Part shown: in pieces, positions 29,728 through 40,532 of the stretch
How the letters are laid out: each line of letters opens with the position of its first letter
How positions within the stretch are numbered: the stretch's first letter is position 1
Assembly: GCA_944372585.1 (NCBI GenBank)
Contig: CALVZQ010000003.1
Span: 93,467 to 157,466 of the forward strand
From: an uncultured Clostridia bacterium
Lineage (GTDB): Bacteria; Bacillota; Clostridia; Christensenellales; UBA1242
Reading direction: 5' to 3'
DNA: 64,000 nt
The notes under the pieces: model-generated
What the model saw: only the letters and a program-made list of their open reading frames with translations
Database searches by the model: none
What the model was told of the DNA's origin: nothing
Translations under genes and position numbers: made by a program

Positions 29728-30691
29728 TCATAATCCCCTTAATCCATTTCGGCATCAATTTCTTAATCTCTTTCAATGAAATTTCAGTTTCAAAAGCAGA
29801 CGCACAAACATGTCCGCCACCGCCCATTCTTGTTGAAAAATTGACGGTATTCAGTCCATTCGAACGCAAACTGAATTTGAAATAATCTTTTTTGTATTCA
29901 ATACACAAAATTGAAAGCTCAACTCCCTTAATTTTTACCAAATCATTAGTGTAAAACTTCACATCTTCTTGATCTGCATCAAGGCGTTTCAAATCTTTGA
30001 GTGTAAAGATTGAACAAACTGCCTTTCCTCCTTCGTAATAAATCAAATTGTCAAGCATCTGTTTGTATATTTCAAGTTGTTGTTGAGTTTTATATCTATA
30101 TAAGTAATCATATACATGTTGAATCTCTGCTTTCTTATCATAGAGCAAAATTGCAGTTTCAAAGACATGTCTAGTCAAATTCTTATGTAGAAACCTGTCA
30201 GTGTCGCCCATCAGACCTGTGTAAAGATAAGTTGCAATTGTTGGAGTTATCTTCAAATTGCATTTGACAGCAAAGTCCGTCAAAATTTCACATGTTGCAG
30301 CATAATCTTCCATAACATAATAATTCTTTGTTGGCAGCTTCTCACCCTCAACTATCTTATGATGATCTATGACAATAATATTTTTGCTCTTTTCAACTTC
30401 AGAAACAAATTCTGGAGCTAGACGGTCAATCAAATGCATATCAAGAATTATTACCAAATCATAATCGCCGCTTTTGAAATCTGTCTTAACTTCCTCAAGT
30501 GGAAAAATGTTGTCAAGATACCCCCTTTTGTTTTTAATTGCAAAAATATCTGCGTCTAAGTTTAAGTTTCGACAAAATTCTCTCATTGCAAACATTGCAC
30601 CATAGGCATCTGGGTCTGGATTTTTATGAGCAAAAATTGCAATTCTTTTTGCCAATTTTATTTTTGCCAAAACTCTATTTATTGTCATCAT
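29717..30691 (-). CDS. nrnA: DHH family phosphoesterase (NrnA-like)
   Basis: HKNPDPDA, IDHH, GDT, SLRS, GGGGH; between rbfA and truB. Confidence 0.9.
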   Translation of the reverse strand: MMTINRVLAKIKLAKRIAIFAHKNPDPDAYGAMFAMREFCRNLNLDADIFAIKNKRGYLDNIFPLEEVKTDFKSGDYDLVIILDMHLIDRLAPEFVSEVEKSKNIIVIDHHKIVEGEKLPTKNYYVMEDYAATCEILTDFAVKCNLKITPTIATYLYTGLMGDTDRFLHKNLTRHVFETAILLYDKKAEIQHVYDYLYRYKTQQQLEIYKQMLDNLIYYEGGKAVCSIFTLKDLKRLDADQEDVKFYTNDLVKIKGVELSILCIEYKKDYFKFSLRSNGLNTVNFSTRMGGGGHVCASAFETEISLKEIKKLMPKWIKGIMNGK

Positions 30692-31052
30692 AATTTCCCT
30701 CCTCTGTCTCTGCTGGAATATTCAATGATCTCAAAATTTCTTCAACTCTAATTGAATTTAATGTGCTTTTGTCAACGATAAAATTGATTTTTGGAACTTG
30801 TGGCATATCAACCATTTGTGCAAGCTCTCTTTTGATGTAACCTTCACTTTTTTGAAGAACCTTGACAACTTCTCCTGCTTCCTCAGGCTTGACAACACTA
30901 ACTTTCGCTTTGCAAAACTTAAAGTCTGGTGTCACATTCACTTCTGTGATGCTGACAATCTTATCAAGTCTTGGATCATTCATTTTTGTTTGAATAATCT
31001 CAATCAAACACCTTTGAATTTCACTGTTTGCTCTCTCCATTCTATTGCTCAT
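30675..31052 (-). CDS. rbfA: Ribosome-binding factor A
   Basis: DPRL...SITEVNVTPD; follows infB. Confidence 0.95.
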   Translation of the reverse strand: MSNRMERANSEIQRCLIEIIQTKMNDPRLDKIVSITEVNVTPDFKFCKAKVSVVKPEEAGEVVKVLQKSEGYIKRELAQMVDMPQVPKINFIVDKSTLNSIRVEEILRSLNIPAETEEGNYDDNK

Positions 31053-31092
31053 AACAACTCTCCTTTATAATAAGAAAAGGGCATAAAACCCC

Positions 31093-33669
31093 TTAATCTC
31101 TTTTTACTTCTTGTTTGATATAGCATTCCAAAATGTCTCCTTCTTGGAAATCAATATTATCTTTAAGTTTAATACCACATTCAAAGCCCTTTGCAACTTC
31201 ACTCTTTTCATCTTTAACAATCTTCAAAGATTCAACAGTGCTTTCTCCAATTATATCATTCTTACGTTTGATCTTGGCAATTCCATTTCTTTGAATTTTT
31301 CCATCAAGCACATAACTTCCTGCAATCTTTCCGGCAGAAGACAACTTGAAAACAACTCTGATCTCAGCACTGCCAACATATTTTTCTTCGTACTTGATTG
31401 CCATCATGCCCTTTGAAAGTCTTGTGATTTGGTCAACAACTTCATAGATGATCTTTGACTCAATCACAGACACTTTCAAACTGTCTGCCATTTGAGCAAT
31501 TTTGCTCGACGTTTTGATGTTGAAGGCCACAATGGTTGCACCAGTGGTTTGTGCAAGAATAACATCGCTTTCTGTGATCGCACCTGCTGCACTATGCAAA
31601 CAAACAACTTTCACTTCATCATTTCTGATTGCTTCGAGTGATGCTTTCAATGCTTCAACAGAACCTTGAGTGTCTGCCTTGATGATGATGTTGAGATTCT
31701 TAAGACTTCCTTCATGAATTCTTGACATAAAGTCATCTGCGCTGACACCAGAAGTATGTTTTGCTCTTTCTTGCTTAATCTTGTTGATTCTTTCGTTGAT
31801 AACCTGTTTTGACAAACTTTCTTCAACCGCATAAACAGCATCACCTGAGTTTGGAACTTCATTAAAGCCCATAACAGCCACAGGTGTTGAAGGTCCAGCC
31901 TTTTTAACGTTTTTCCCATTTTCATCAAACATGGCTTTAACCTTCCCAAATGTAATTCCGGACATGATAGAATCTCCAACTTTCAGTGTACCATTTTGAA
32001 CAAGAATTGTGGCAACAGCACCTCTGTTTTTGTCAAGTTCGGCTTCAATGACCGTTCCTGTTGCCATTTTATTTGGATTTGTTTTCAAATCTTCCATTTC
32101 AGCAACAAGAAGAATCATTTTCTTAAGTTCATCAAGCCCCATTCCAGTTTTTGCAGAAATAGGAACACAAATTGCATCGCCTCCCCATTCTTCAGGCAAA
32201 ACGTCGTGTTCTGCGAGTTGTTGTTTGACTCTTTCAGGATTTGCTTCTGGTTTGTCCATTTTGTTTATTGCAACAATCATTGGAACTTTTGCCGCTTTGA
32301 TGTGATTGATTGCTTCAACAGTTTGAGGCATGATTCCATCATCAGCCGCAACCACAAGAATGGCAATATCGGTCACTTCTGCTCCTCTTGCACGCATTGC
32401 AGTGAACGCAGCATGCCCAGGTGTGTCAATGAAAGTGATTTTTTCGCCATTGAAAGAAATTTGATAAGCACCAATTTTTTGTGTAATCCCTCCGGCCTCT
32501 CCAAGCACCACATTCGTCTTTCTTAATGCGTCCAAAAGCGAAGTCTTGCCGTGATCAACGTGGCCCATAACTGTGACAACTGGAGGTCTTTTAACCAAAT
32601 CTTTGTCGTCTTCTTCTTTTGAAGCGTCCAAAAGCTTTTCCTCGTATGTCTTGTCAAGTTTAAGTTCCAGTGTCACACCGAGTTCTCCAGCAACAAGTTC
32701 ACAAGTGTCAAAATCTATGGTGCTGTTTATTGTTGCCATAATGCCAAGAAGCATCAATTTCTTGACAATTTCAGCAACTGGCTTTCCAATTTTTTCGCTT
32801 AACTCTTTGACAGTAACTTCTCTTGAGTTCAAAACCGCATGTGTAATTGTTGGAGCAACAACAGTGGCAACCTCTTTCTTCTTTTTGATGAGTTTTCTTG
32901 AGCCCATTGTTGTTTCTTCAAAACCTTCATCATCCATAACCAAAATGTTGTTTTGTTTTGAAAGGTTTGCTCTTTGCTTTGCACTTATTCTCTTGCTTTC
33001 ATCAACATTTCTTCTTTGTTTGTTTTTGTTTCCAAAATTACGTTCTGGTTGAGCCAATACAGCACTGCTTTCAGTTGGTGTTGGAGCAAAGGATTTGAAA
33101 TTGTTTGCTCTGGTAGACACAAAAGAATTGTTTTTAGGACGGTTTTGTCCGCCCTGTCCCTGTGCGTTTCTATTGAATGAAGCATTGCCATTTCTGTTGA
33201 AGTTGTTTCCACCAAAATTCCCTTTTTGCTGAAATCTCCCTTGTTGATTTCCAGCATTGTTGAAATTGTTGCCATTTCTTTGAAAACGGTTATTATTATT
33301 TTGTCCGTCAAACTTACGAAAATTATTGTTTTGGTTGTTGCCTTGAGAAAAAATCTTGTGCTCTTCTTTCTTTGATTCTTTAGGTTTCACTTCTGCTTTT
33401 TGAGCAATTTCTACTTTTTCTGAATCTGACTTCAAAGGTTCAGTTTCCTTTGCCTTTTCAGCCTTTTCAAGTTCTGCTTTTTTCTTTTCCTCTTCTCTCT
33501 GTTTCGCTTGTTGCTCTGCCTGAAGTTTTGTTTTTCGTTCTTGAATGGATTTGGAAAAAGCGTCAATATCCACCTTTGCTTGTTTAATTGACAATAATAA
33601 ATTCTGCAAAGAGCCATCTCTTTGTATGTTGTTTATTGTTTTAAGTGCGTTTAATTGTTGTGATGCCAA
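31093..33669 (-). CDS. infB: Translation initiation factor IF-2
   Basis: [28 protein letters not shown]; Asn/Gln-rich N-terminus. Confidence 0.99.
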   Translation of the reverse strand: MASQQLNALKTINNIQRDGSLQNLLLSIKQAKVDIDAFSKSIQERKTKLQAEQQAKQREEEKKKAELEKAEKAKETEPLKSDSEKVEIAQKAEVKPKESKKEEHKIFSQGNNQNNNFRKFDGQNNNNRFQRNGNNFNNAGNQQGRFQQKGNFGGNNFNRNGNASFNRNAQGQGGQNRPKNNSFVSTRANNFKSFAPTPTESSAVLAQPERNFGNKNKQRRNVDESKRISAKQRANLSKQNNILVMDDEGFEETTMGSRKLIKKKKEVATVVAPTITHAVLNSREVTVKELSEKIGKPVAEIVKKLMLLGIMATINSTIDFDTCELVAGELGVTLELKLDKTYEEKLLDASKEEDDKDLVKRPPVVTVMGHVDHGKTSLLDALRKTNVVLGEAGGITQKIGAYQISFNGEKITFIDTPGHAAFTAMRARGAEVTDIAILVVAADDGIMPQTVEAINHIKAAKVPMIVAINKMDKPEANPERVKQQLAEHDVLPEEWGGDAICVPISAKTGMGLDELKKMILLVAEMEDLKTNPNKMATGTVIEAELDKNRGAVATILVQNGTLKVGDSIMSGITFGKVKAMFDENGKNVKKAGPSTPVAVMGFNEVPNSGDAVYAVEESLSKQVINERINKIKQERAKHTSGVSADDFMSRIHEGSLKNLNIIIKADTQGSVEALKASLEAIRNDEVKVVCLHSAAGAITESDVILAQTTGATIVAFNIKTSSKIAQMADSLKVSVIESKIIYEVVDQITRLSKGMMAIKYEEKYVGSAEIRVVFKLSSAGKIAGSYVLDGKIQRNGIAKIKRKNDIIGESTVESLKIVKDEKSEVAKGFECGIKLKDNIDFQEGDILECYIKQEVKRD

Positions 33670-33673
33670 ATTG

Positions 33674-33976
33674 TTATTCTCCTTTTAACAAACATTCGAT
33701 AATATTTTCGCTTATTGCTTTGTTTTTAACTCCCAAAACTTTGCAATTTTCAATTGAAACAAGTTTTCCCAAATCATCAATCTGAAAAAGCGGGACACCC
33801 TTCTTTTTTGAGAAATAATTCATTTCTCGGGAAAGTGAATTTCCTGCATTTTTGTCCATCAAAATCAAGTAGAGTTTTTTTGCATATCCAAACAAGTCAT
33901 CTTGTCCAATAATGACATAACCTGCCTTTCTTGCTATGTTAATCAATCCGCTAATTTTGTTCAATCTCTTCTCCAA
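33674..33976 (-). CDS. ylxQ: L7Ae/YlxQ family RNA-binding protein
   Basis: IARKAG..IIG; synteny in the nusA operon. Confidence 0.85.
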   Translation of the reverse strand: MEKRLNKISGLINIARKAGYVIIGQDDLFGYAKKLYLILMDKNAGNSLSREMNYFSKKKGVPLFQIDDLGKLVSIENCKVLGVKNKAISENIIECLLKGE

Positions 33977-34220
33977 TCATTTGATAAACACTCTGAGGAA
34001 CTTCACATTTGAAGGCTCTATTCAGTGATTTTTGCCTGCAAAGCTTTTCAAAACATTCCTTTGATTTGCAGACATATGCGCCTCTTCCATTTGCTTTTCC
34101 AGTTTTGTCAACAAAGATCTGTCCTTCTTTATTTTTGACAATTCGAAGAAGTGTTCGTTTGTCGCTTTGACCACGACAAACAATGCACATTCTGATTTTT
34201 TCTTTTGGTTTATTTTGCAT
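33951..34220 (-). CDS. ylxR: YlxR (RnpM) family protein
   Basis: RMCIVCR, LLRIV, GRGAYVC. Confidence 0.95.
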   Translation of the reverse strand: MQNKPKEKIRMCIVCRGQSDKRTLLRIVKNKEGQIFVDKTGKANGRGAYVCKSKECFEKLCRQKSLNRAFKCEVPQSVYQMIGEEIEQN

Positions 34221-34235
34221 AAACAAACCCTCACT

Positions 34236-35423
34236 TTATTCTTTATCGTCCAAATCTTGAATTTCGTCAAATTCGTTTTCAATTGGTTCAAGTTCTTCCA
34301 AGTCGCTCATGTCAAAAGAACTGTCATCAGAAAGTTCTGTAAGTTCATAGTCAACATCTGTGTTGTCAACATCGGTCTTTGGTTTGATGTAACTTTCGGG
34401 TTTAACATCAATTTTCCAGCCAGTAAGTTTTGCAGCAAGTCTGACATTTTGTCCTTGTTTTCCAATGGCAAGTGACAATTTGTCATCTGGAACAATAACT
34501 TGTGACATATTCAAACTGTCATTGGTTTCAACAGAAAGAACTTTTGCTGGTGAAAGTGCTCTTGCAATATATTCAAGTGGATCGTCAGAATATTCCACAA
34601 GGTCAATCTTTTCACCATTAAGTTCGTTCACAATTGTGTTGATTCTGTTTCCCCTGTTTCCAACGCAAGCACCAATAGCATCAACATTTGGTCTGTCAGA
34701 GTAAACAGCAACCTTTGCTCTGTTTCCTGGATCACGAGCAATGTTTTTGATCTTAACTTCCCCGCTGGCAATTTCAGGGACTTCCAATTCGAACAATTTT
34801 CTAACAAATCCAATGTTGCTTCTCGAAACTTGAATTTGTGGACCTTTGAAAGAATCTCTGATTTTCTTTACATAAACCTTAACCCTGTCGCCAACATTAA
34901 ACTTGTCACCAGGGATTTGGTCGTTTTTCATCATGACGCCTTCTGTGTTTGTTCCAGCAATTTGAACATAAACATTTTCATCATCAACTCTCTTAACAAT
35001 TGTGGTCAAAAGTTCATCTTCTTTTTCTGACAATTCGTCTATGGCTTTTTGTTTTTCCATTTCTTTGAGTTTTTGCATAACAACCTGTTTTGCAGTTTGC
35101 GCAGCAATTCTTCCAAAATCTTTTGTTGATTCTTCAACTGCAACAATGTCACCAACTTTGTATGACTTCTTTTGTTGTCTTGCCTCCTCCAAAGAGATTT
35201 CTTTGTCAGGATCTTCAACTTCGGCAACAACAGTTTTGTATGAGAAAATTCTGATGGTGTTTCTTTCTGGATAAAGTTTAACCATTGCAGATTTTGCCTC
35301 GCCATACATCTTCTTATAGGCAGAAGTCAATGCAGTTTCCAAAGTTTGAATGAAAACCTCTTTGTCAATTTTCTTCTCTGCTTCAAGGTCATCAAGGGCC
35401 TTGAAAAAATCTTTATTTACCAT
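34236..35423 (-). CDS. nusA: Transcription factor NusA
   Basis: FGRIAAQTAKQV, GACVG.RG.R, LAIGKQGQNVRLAAKLTGWKID. Confidence 0.99.
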   Translation of the reverse strand: MVNKDFFKALDDLEAEKKIDKEVFIQTLETALTSAYKKMYGEAKSAMVKLYPERNTIRIFSYKTVVAEVEDPDKEISLEEARQQKKSYKVGDIVAVEESTKDFGRIAAQTAKQVVMQKLKEMEKQKAIDELSEKEDELLTTIVKRVDDENVYVQIAGTNTEGVMMKNDQIPGDKFNVGDRVKVYVKKIRDSFKGPQIQVSRSNIGFVRKLFELEVPEIASGEVKIKNIARDPGNRAKVAVYSDRPNVDAIGACVGNRGNRINTIVNELNGEKIDLVEYSDDPLEYIARALSPAKVLSVETNDSLNMSQVIVPDDKLSLAIGKQGQNVRLAAKLTGWKIDVKPESYIKPKTDVDNTDVDYELTELSDDSSFDMSDLEELEPIENEFDEIQDLDDKE

Positions 35424-35437
35424 TTTTATGTTTCTCC

Positions 35438-35896
35438 TTAAAATTTAATAACAAGTTTGATTGATGCAATTTTATCTCGGTCTAAATTGATTCTTTCCTT
35501 ATCAGTTTTGATAGTGACAGATTTTTCATCAAAACTTTCCAAAACTCCGGTAAACAATTTCTTTCCATCAAATTTTGCAAACAAAGTCACATCAACTTCA
35601 TTTCCAATGTTTCTGGATAAATCTCTGTCAGTTTTGAGTGGTCTGTCAAGACCTGGTGAGCTCACAACCAAAGTGTATGGTTTGTCATCTGTTGGATTCA
35701 TTTCATCAAGAATAGGGTCGATTTTTTTGTTTACAATTTCACAATCATCAACAGTGACTCCGCCGTCTTTGTCAATTGTGAAAATCAAAGACATTCCCCC
35801 ATTTTCTTTTTCGTAACTCACTTCAACAAGTTCATAACCCATTTCTTCAATAACAGGTCTGAGCTTCTCTTCGCAAATTTGTTTAACTTTTGCCAT
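35438..35896 (-). CDS. rimP: Ribosome maturation factor RimP
   Basis: IDKDGGVTVDDCE, VSSPGLDRPL. Confidence 0.97.
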   Translation of the reverse strand: MAKVKQICEEKLRPVIEEMGYELVEVSYEKENGGMSLIFTIDKDGGVTVDDCEIVNKKIDPILDEMNPTDDKPYTLVVSSPGLDRPLKTDRDLSRNIGNEVDVTLFAKFDGKKLFTGVLESFDEKSVTIKTDKERINLDRDKIASIKLVIKF

Positions 35897-35923
35897 TTAA
35901 ACCTCCAAAATTGTCTACTTAAC

Positions 35924-35957
35924 ACAAAGAGTGAGCAAAAATTTGCCCACTCCTTGT
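35924..35957 (-). promoter_or_regulatory. rimP leader hairpin
   Basis: acaaggagtgggcaaa / tttgctcactctttgt; a GAGTGGG...CACTC hairpin is typical upstream of rimP; TTGCAT-17-TATAAT lies just upstream. Confidence 0.65.
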
Positions 35958-36065
35958 CAAGATATAAATATTATAACCTAAAAAAACATAAAATGCAAGA
36001 CAATTTTACATAAATTTAAGAATTTTTAAATCGATTAAATCAAAATAACAGAAAAATAATCATTT

Positions 36066-37598
36066 TTAAACTTCATTAAGTTTCAAAAGAACTTGCGCAG
36101 TTGCAAAAGCATCATTCCAAGCCCTGTGTGCGCCTTCCAAAGTAAGTCCCAAAGCCTTAACAACTGTTCCAAGATTAAACCTTGAAATTTTAAGCCTTGC
36201 AACTCTTGCTTCATTCATTGTGTCGATGAGTTCGTTGTCAAAGACAAGTCCAACATTCTCGCCTTCTCTGCGAATGAATTTGATGTCAAAGCCAATTATG
36301 TTGTGTCCACAAAGCACACAACCCTTTGAAAATTCATAAAAATCTTTAATCACCAAATCAACCGGTGGAGCATCTTCCAACATTTCATCAGTTATCCCCG
36401 TCAAGTTGACAACCTCATATGAAAGTTTTTTTGTTGGTTTGACAAAAGTGGAAAATTTTTCAATGATGTTTCCATTCTCAATCTTAACCGCACCAAGTTC
36501 AATGATTTGGTCAGTTGCTGGATCAAGTCCTGTGGTTTCAATGTCAAAAACAACAATCGTTCTGCCAATAATCTTTTTGTTGTATTTGTCCACATGTTCA
36601 AACATTGTATCCTGTTCCATTGCAGTAAGTTTTTCAATTTGAACAACTGGTCCCTCATGCTTGTATTCTTCCTTTATCGTTTCTTCTTTCTTTTGGACTT
36701 CAGTTGCCAGTGCAAGTTTGTCAATATAAAGACAAAGTTTGTTCATTTGATTGAATTTGACATCTCCATGAACCAAGACATACATAAACTCTTCAAGTGC
36801 GTCCATGTCTTTTTCGTTTTTCCTTGGACAAAAATAAATGCAATCCATTCTTCCTTTGCCATCAGCAATTTGGAAATTGTAATATGCCTTTGGTTCGCCA
36901 GCATGTTTGCCAGTTTTTCTGATAAATTCTTTTCGCTCAATTTTTTTGATGTAGCCAGCAACAATCACTGAATTTTTTGGTGAAGTGATAAATGAAAGAT
37001 ATTCTGGTTTTGGAGTGGTTCCACTTCCAATCACATCTTTGATGATTTCAACATTATATCTCTGTGCCACTCTGTATCTTGTTTTCATTTCGACATTTTC
37101 AATGTCAACTTCATCAATAAGGTTTGGATTTTCAATCAGGTTGATAACAAACTCCACCAAAAAATTATCCTTCAAAAATTTTGCAAGTTCTTGAGTTATC
37201 TTATGTTCGCCGAAAAACTCAACCATTCTTGAACTCAATTCGATGTCAATGAGAACATCAATCTCTGTGATTCTGATTGACACATTGTCATCATTCACAT
37301 AATTTATGATAAGTTTATATTTGCTCTCAAAATAGTTCTGAATAGCTTTTCTGATCAACCTTTCTTCAAGGAAGACTCTCATAAACTTGACTTTGAGTTG
37401 CATTTTTTCAAAATTCAAATTTTGGTTAAGCCAATTTGTTATGTCTCTCTTATCCAAGTCTGTAAGTTCTTTTGCTGTTGACGGGTATAAAAAAGTTATC
37501 GTGCAAATTCCTTCACGCTTCTTCACAACAACATCTTTCAGTTGAAGATTTTCATATTTATCTCCAAATTCAGCATTAAACTCTTGTTGAAAATTCAT
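36066..37598 (-). CDS. PolC-derived 3'-5' exonuclease (N-terminal domain + OB fold + DEDDh exonuclease; no PHP or polymerase)
   Basis: VFDIETTG, HNIIGFD, HRAWNDA intact; OB-like VIVAGYI...NFQIADG...LVHGDVKF; occupies the polC slot between rseP and rimP; 510 aa. Confidence 0.82.
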   Translation of the reverse strand: MNFQQEFNAEFGDKYENLQLKDVVVKKREGICTITFLYPSTAKELTDLDKRDITNWLNQNLNFEKMQLKVKFMRVFLEERLIRKAIQNYFESKYKLIINYVNDDNVSIRITEIDVLIDIELSSRMVEFFGEHKITQELAKFLKDNFLVEFVINLIENPNLIDEVDIENVEMKTRYRVAQRYNVEIIKDVIGSGTTPKPEYLSFITSPKNSVIVAGYIKKIERKEFIRKTGKHAGEPKAYYNFQIADGKGRMDCIYFCPRKNEKDMDALEEFMYVLVHGDVKFNQMNKLCLYIDKLALATEVQKKEETIKEEYKHEGPVVQIEKLTAMEQDTMFEHVDKYNKKIIGRTIVVFDIETTGLDPATDQIIELGAVKIENGNIIEKFSTFVKPTKKLSYEVVNLTGITDEMLEDAPPVDLVIKDFYEFSKGCVLCGHNIIGFDIKFIRREGENVGLVFDNELIDTMNEARVARLKISRFNLGTVVKALGLTLEGAHRAWNDAFATAQVLLKLNEV

Positions 37599-37683
37599 AA
37601 CATAATCATTCTAGAATATAAACAAATTTTTGTCAAGCACAAAAAAACTCCCATGCATGAAAAAAGCCTGACAAGGTCAGACT

Positions 37684-38790
37684 TTAAAGAACAAAATGCA
37701 AGATATCCACAATTATGACAAATGCGAAAAGAATACATATACCGACAAAGTGTATCATGTTTTCCACCTTGCGATTGATTGGTTTTCCTCTTATCCATTC
37801 AATTAGTGTGAACAGAACATGAGAACCATCAAGCGCTGGAAACGGCAACAAGTTGAAAACAGCCAAGTTTGCCGCAATAAGCGGAATGAAAATCAAAAGA
37901 TATGACAAACTTTCAGAAGCAAAAGTTGCAATTGTTGAGATTGTTGCAATTGTTCCACCCATTTCAGTGATTGGAATTTGGAAAGTAATGAGCATCCACA
38001 AACTCTTCAAAACAACCCAAGCAAATCCAAATGCCATTTCAAATGAACGACAAAATCCCGACCAAGCATCATAGACATAAGCAACTGTGCAAGGTTCTTC
38101 CCCTTCAGAAGATTCAAGACCAATAAGGCAGTTGATATAATCTTTCCCTGCAGAATCCTGAGCCATGACAGGATAAACCACAATTGTCAAATCGACCAAA
38201 TCTCCATCACGAGATACCGTCATTGTGAAAGAATATTTCTTTCCATCAAGACCATTTTCTTTATAAAAATCCTGAGCCATAGCCTTTTGTTCATTGACAA
38301 GTGTGACAAAATTTTCTCCAAAGGCAAAGTCAATTGTTTTGCCATCAATTTTTCTTATGACATCACCCTCTTCATATGGATTGACATAAGTTGTTTGATC
38401 AAATCTTGCAATTTGTGGAACGTCATAACCTATTGTGCACAGCAAAACCCAAGAGAATATGATTGCAACGATAAAATTCGCAGTCACACCTGCAAGAAAG
38501 ACCAAAATTCTTTTCCAAGGTTTTTGATTGTTGAATGCAGTTGGAGATTCTGATTCTTTTTCGTCATCTTCTCCGTCAAAAGCACAATATCCTCCAAGCG
38601 GAAAGATACGCAACGAAAATTTTTCTCCTGTCTTTTTGCTTATGTGGGTAAAAATTGGAAAACCAAATCCAATAGAAAATTCTGTTATCTTAAACTTGAG
38701 AATTTTGCCAACCACATAGTGACCAAATTCATGGATAAGCACCATAAACAGCAAAATCACAATGGCAAGAACAATGTACCAAAAAATCAT
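37684..38790 (-). CDS. rseP: Site-2 (M50) membrane metalloprotease
   Basis: HEFGH, PLGGYC, NLLPFPALDG. Confidence 0.95.
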   Translation of the reverse strand: MIFWYIVLAIVILLFMVLIHEFGHYVVGKILKFKITEFSIGFGFPIFTHISKKTGEKFSLRIFPLGGYCAFDGEDDEKESESPTAFNNQKPWKRILVFLAGVTANFIVAIIFSWVLLCTIGYDVPQIARFDQTTYVNPYEEGDVIRKIDGKTIDFAFGENFVTLVNEQKAMAQDFYKENGLDGKKYSFTMTVSRDGDLVDLTIVVYPVMAQDSAGKDYINCLIGLESSEGEEPCTVAYVYDAWSGFCRSFEMAFGFAWVVLKSLWMLITFQIPITEMGGTIATISTIATFASESLSYLLIFIPLIAANLAVFNLLPFPALDGSHVLFTLIEWIRGKPINRKVENMIHFVGICILFAFVIIVDILHFVL

Positions 38791-38829
38791 CTTAAAATCC
38801 TTAAATTAAAGTCAATGTAGGTCTTTTGT

Positions 38830-39792
38830 TTAGATGGCAAAAATCCAAAAAGCAATCAAGATATAAGGTGCCATGAAGATGTAAGAGTCAATTCTGTCCA
38901 AAATTCCGCCTTGTCCAGGCAAAAATTTTCCACTGTCCTTGACACCTGCTCTTCTTTTGATTACGGATTCAAACAAATCTCCGCATTGAGCGACAACAGA
39001 GCCAACAAGCACGATGATTAGGTATGCCCATATTGGAAAGATTTCCATAAATGGAGCAAAAGATTCAACACAACCAAAAATAAGATAAACGCAAGCACCA
39101 AAAAGAACTGTCCACAAAACGCCGCCCACAGCGCCTGAAATGGTTTTTCCTGGACTTACTTTTGGACACATTTTCTTTCCACCAATGACAGAACCAGTGA
39201 GCATTGCAAAAGTGTCTGTAAACATAGGGATTGTTATTGCAGTAACCAAAACAAACAATGAAACATTTGAAGTGATGTCCTCAAGTCTAGACAAAGGCAT
39301 GTCCATAAAATGATTCAAGAAAATGAAAAGCAAGAACAAAAATGCAGGATAAACAAAAGTTATGAGTGTGTTGAGTGCTTTTTTGAATGCAAATTTTTTA
39401 ACTGACATGTTGGTGACATTTCTTATAGACATTTCATTCAGAAGTTTTTTCTTTCTGCAAAGCCCAACCAAAAATGCAAGAAGTGACACAACAAGCATAA
39501 GACCAACATCAATCAAAAGTGTGTAAAGAACCCAGAAAAAGTTCTCCGTTGCACCAGCATAGAAAACCCCAACCAAATTTGCTGCAAGCAGAAATAATGG
39601 GAAAAATATAGCCAAGGCTTGATAATTATAAAGTCCAGTTTTGCTTAACAGTTTTGACATCTCATAACTTGCAATGCAGGCTATTATTGCAAAGAAGGCA
39701 TCAAAAAAGTAGTCACTCACATAAATTTTTAACACAAACAAAAGTGCCAAAACTATAACAATTGCAATTGATGTGTAAACTCGTTTTTTCAT
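38830..39792 (-). CDS. cdsA: Phosphatidate cytidylyltransferase
   Basis: SPGKT, GDLFESVIKR..GVKDSG..LPGQGGILDRID. Confidence 0.95.
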   Translation of the reverse strand: MKKRVYTSIAIVIVLALLFVLKIYVSDYFFDAFFAIIACIASYEMSKLLSKTGLYNYQALAIFFPLFLLAANLVGVFYAGATENFFWVLYTLLIDVGLMLVVSLLAFLVGLCRKKKLLNEMSIRNVTNMSVKKFAFKKALNTLITFVYPAFLFLLFIFLNHFMDMPLSRLEDITSNVSLFVLVTAITIPMFTDTFAMLTGSVIGGKKMCPKVSPGKTISGAVGGVLWTVLFGACVYLIFGCVESFAPFMEIFPIWAYLIIVLVGSVVAQCGDLFESVIKRRAGVKDSGKFLPGQGGILDRIDSYIFMAPYILIAFWIFAI

Positions 39793-40499
39793 TATTTTCC
39801 TCCAAATCTTCTGTTTCTTTTTGAAAATTCTTCAAGTGCTTTATACAATTCTTTCTCATCAAAGTCTGGCCAAAATGTTTTTGTGAAATAGAGTTCACTG
39901 TATGCCATCTGAAACAGCATAAAATTTGAAACTCTCATCTCTCCACTTGTTCTGATGAGGAGATCAATGTCTGGTGAAGGAGCAGAATAAAGATTTTCTT
40001 TCAAATTCTCAACCGTAATTTTCTTCTCTCCCTTTTCAATTAGACTGTTCACCGCATGAACAATATCATCTCTGCCACCATAGTTCATAGCAAGATTGAC
40101 AACAAGTCCGGTGTTGTTTTTTGTTTTTTCCATGACTTCAATCAAAACATTTTTCAACTTGTCAGGAAATCTCGACAAATCGCCCATTGCGACAAATTTG
40201 ATGTTCTTATCTTCAAAATTGCCTCTATTTTCCTCAACAAGATTGTAAGCAACTTCAAAAATATAATCAATCTCTTTTTTCTCTCTGTTCCAATTTTCAG
40301 TTGAAAAACCAAAAAATGAAGCATATTTGATCTCTTTGATATCATTTATTGCATTGATAATGTTTTTGAGTGCAACACCACCCTGCTTATGTCCCATCAT
40401 TTTGTTCAGCCCACGTCTGACAGCCCAGCGTCTGTTTCCGTCCATAATAAAAGCAATGTGTGTTGGAATATTTTGAGACAATTTCTTTTTTTTAAACAT
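39792..40499 (-). CDS. uppS: Undecaprenyl diphosphate synthase
   Basis: HIAFIMDGNRRWA, FSTENW, IRTSGEMRVSNF. Confidence 0.97.
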   Translation of the reverse strand: MFKKKKLSQNIPTHIAFIMDGNRRWAVRRGLNKMMGHKQGGVALKNIINAINDIKEIKYASFFGFSTENWNREKKEIDYIFEVAYNLVEENRGNFEDKNIKFVAMGDLSRFPDKLKNVLIEVMEKTKNNTGLVVNLAMNYGGRDDIVHAVNSLIEKGEKKITVENLKENLYSAPSPDIDLLIRTSGEMRVSNFMLFQMAYSELYFTKTFWPDFDEKELYKALEEFSKRNRRFGGK

Positions 40500-40532
40500 A
40501 TTTACCCTTAAATTTCAGTATCGTTCTTTTGC

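Noticed and set aside
33100-33345. Asn/Gln/Gly/Phe low-complexity tract in IF-2 as a novel prion-like feature
   Set aside because: Variable low-complexity N-termini are ordinary in Firmicutes IF-2
36066-37598. polC pseudogene or frameshifted polC
   Set aside because: The ORF is intact, both PHP segments are missing and no polymerase-coding remnant follows the stop
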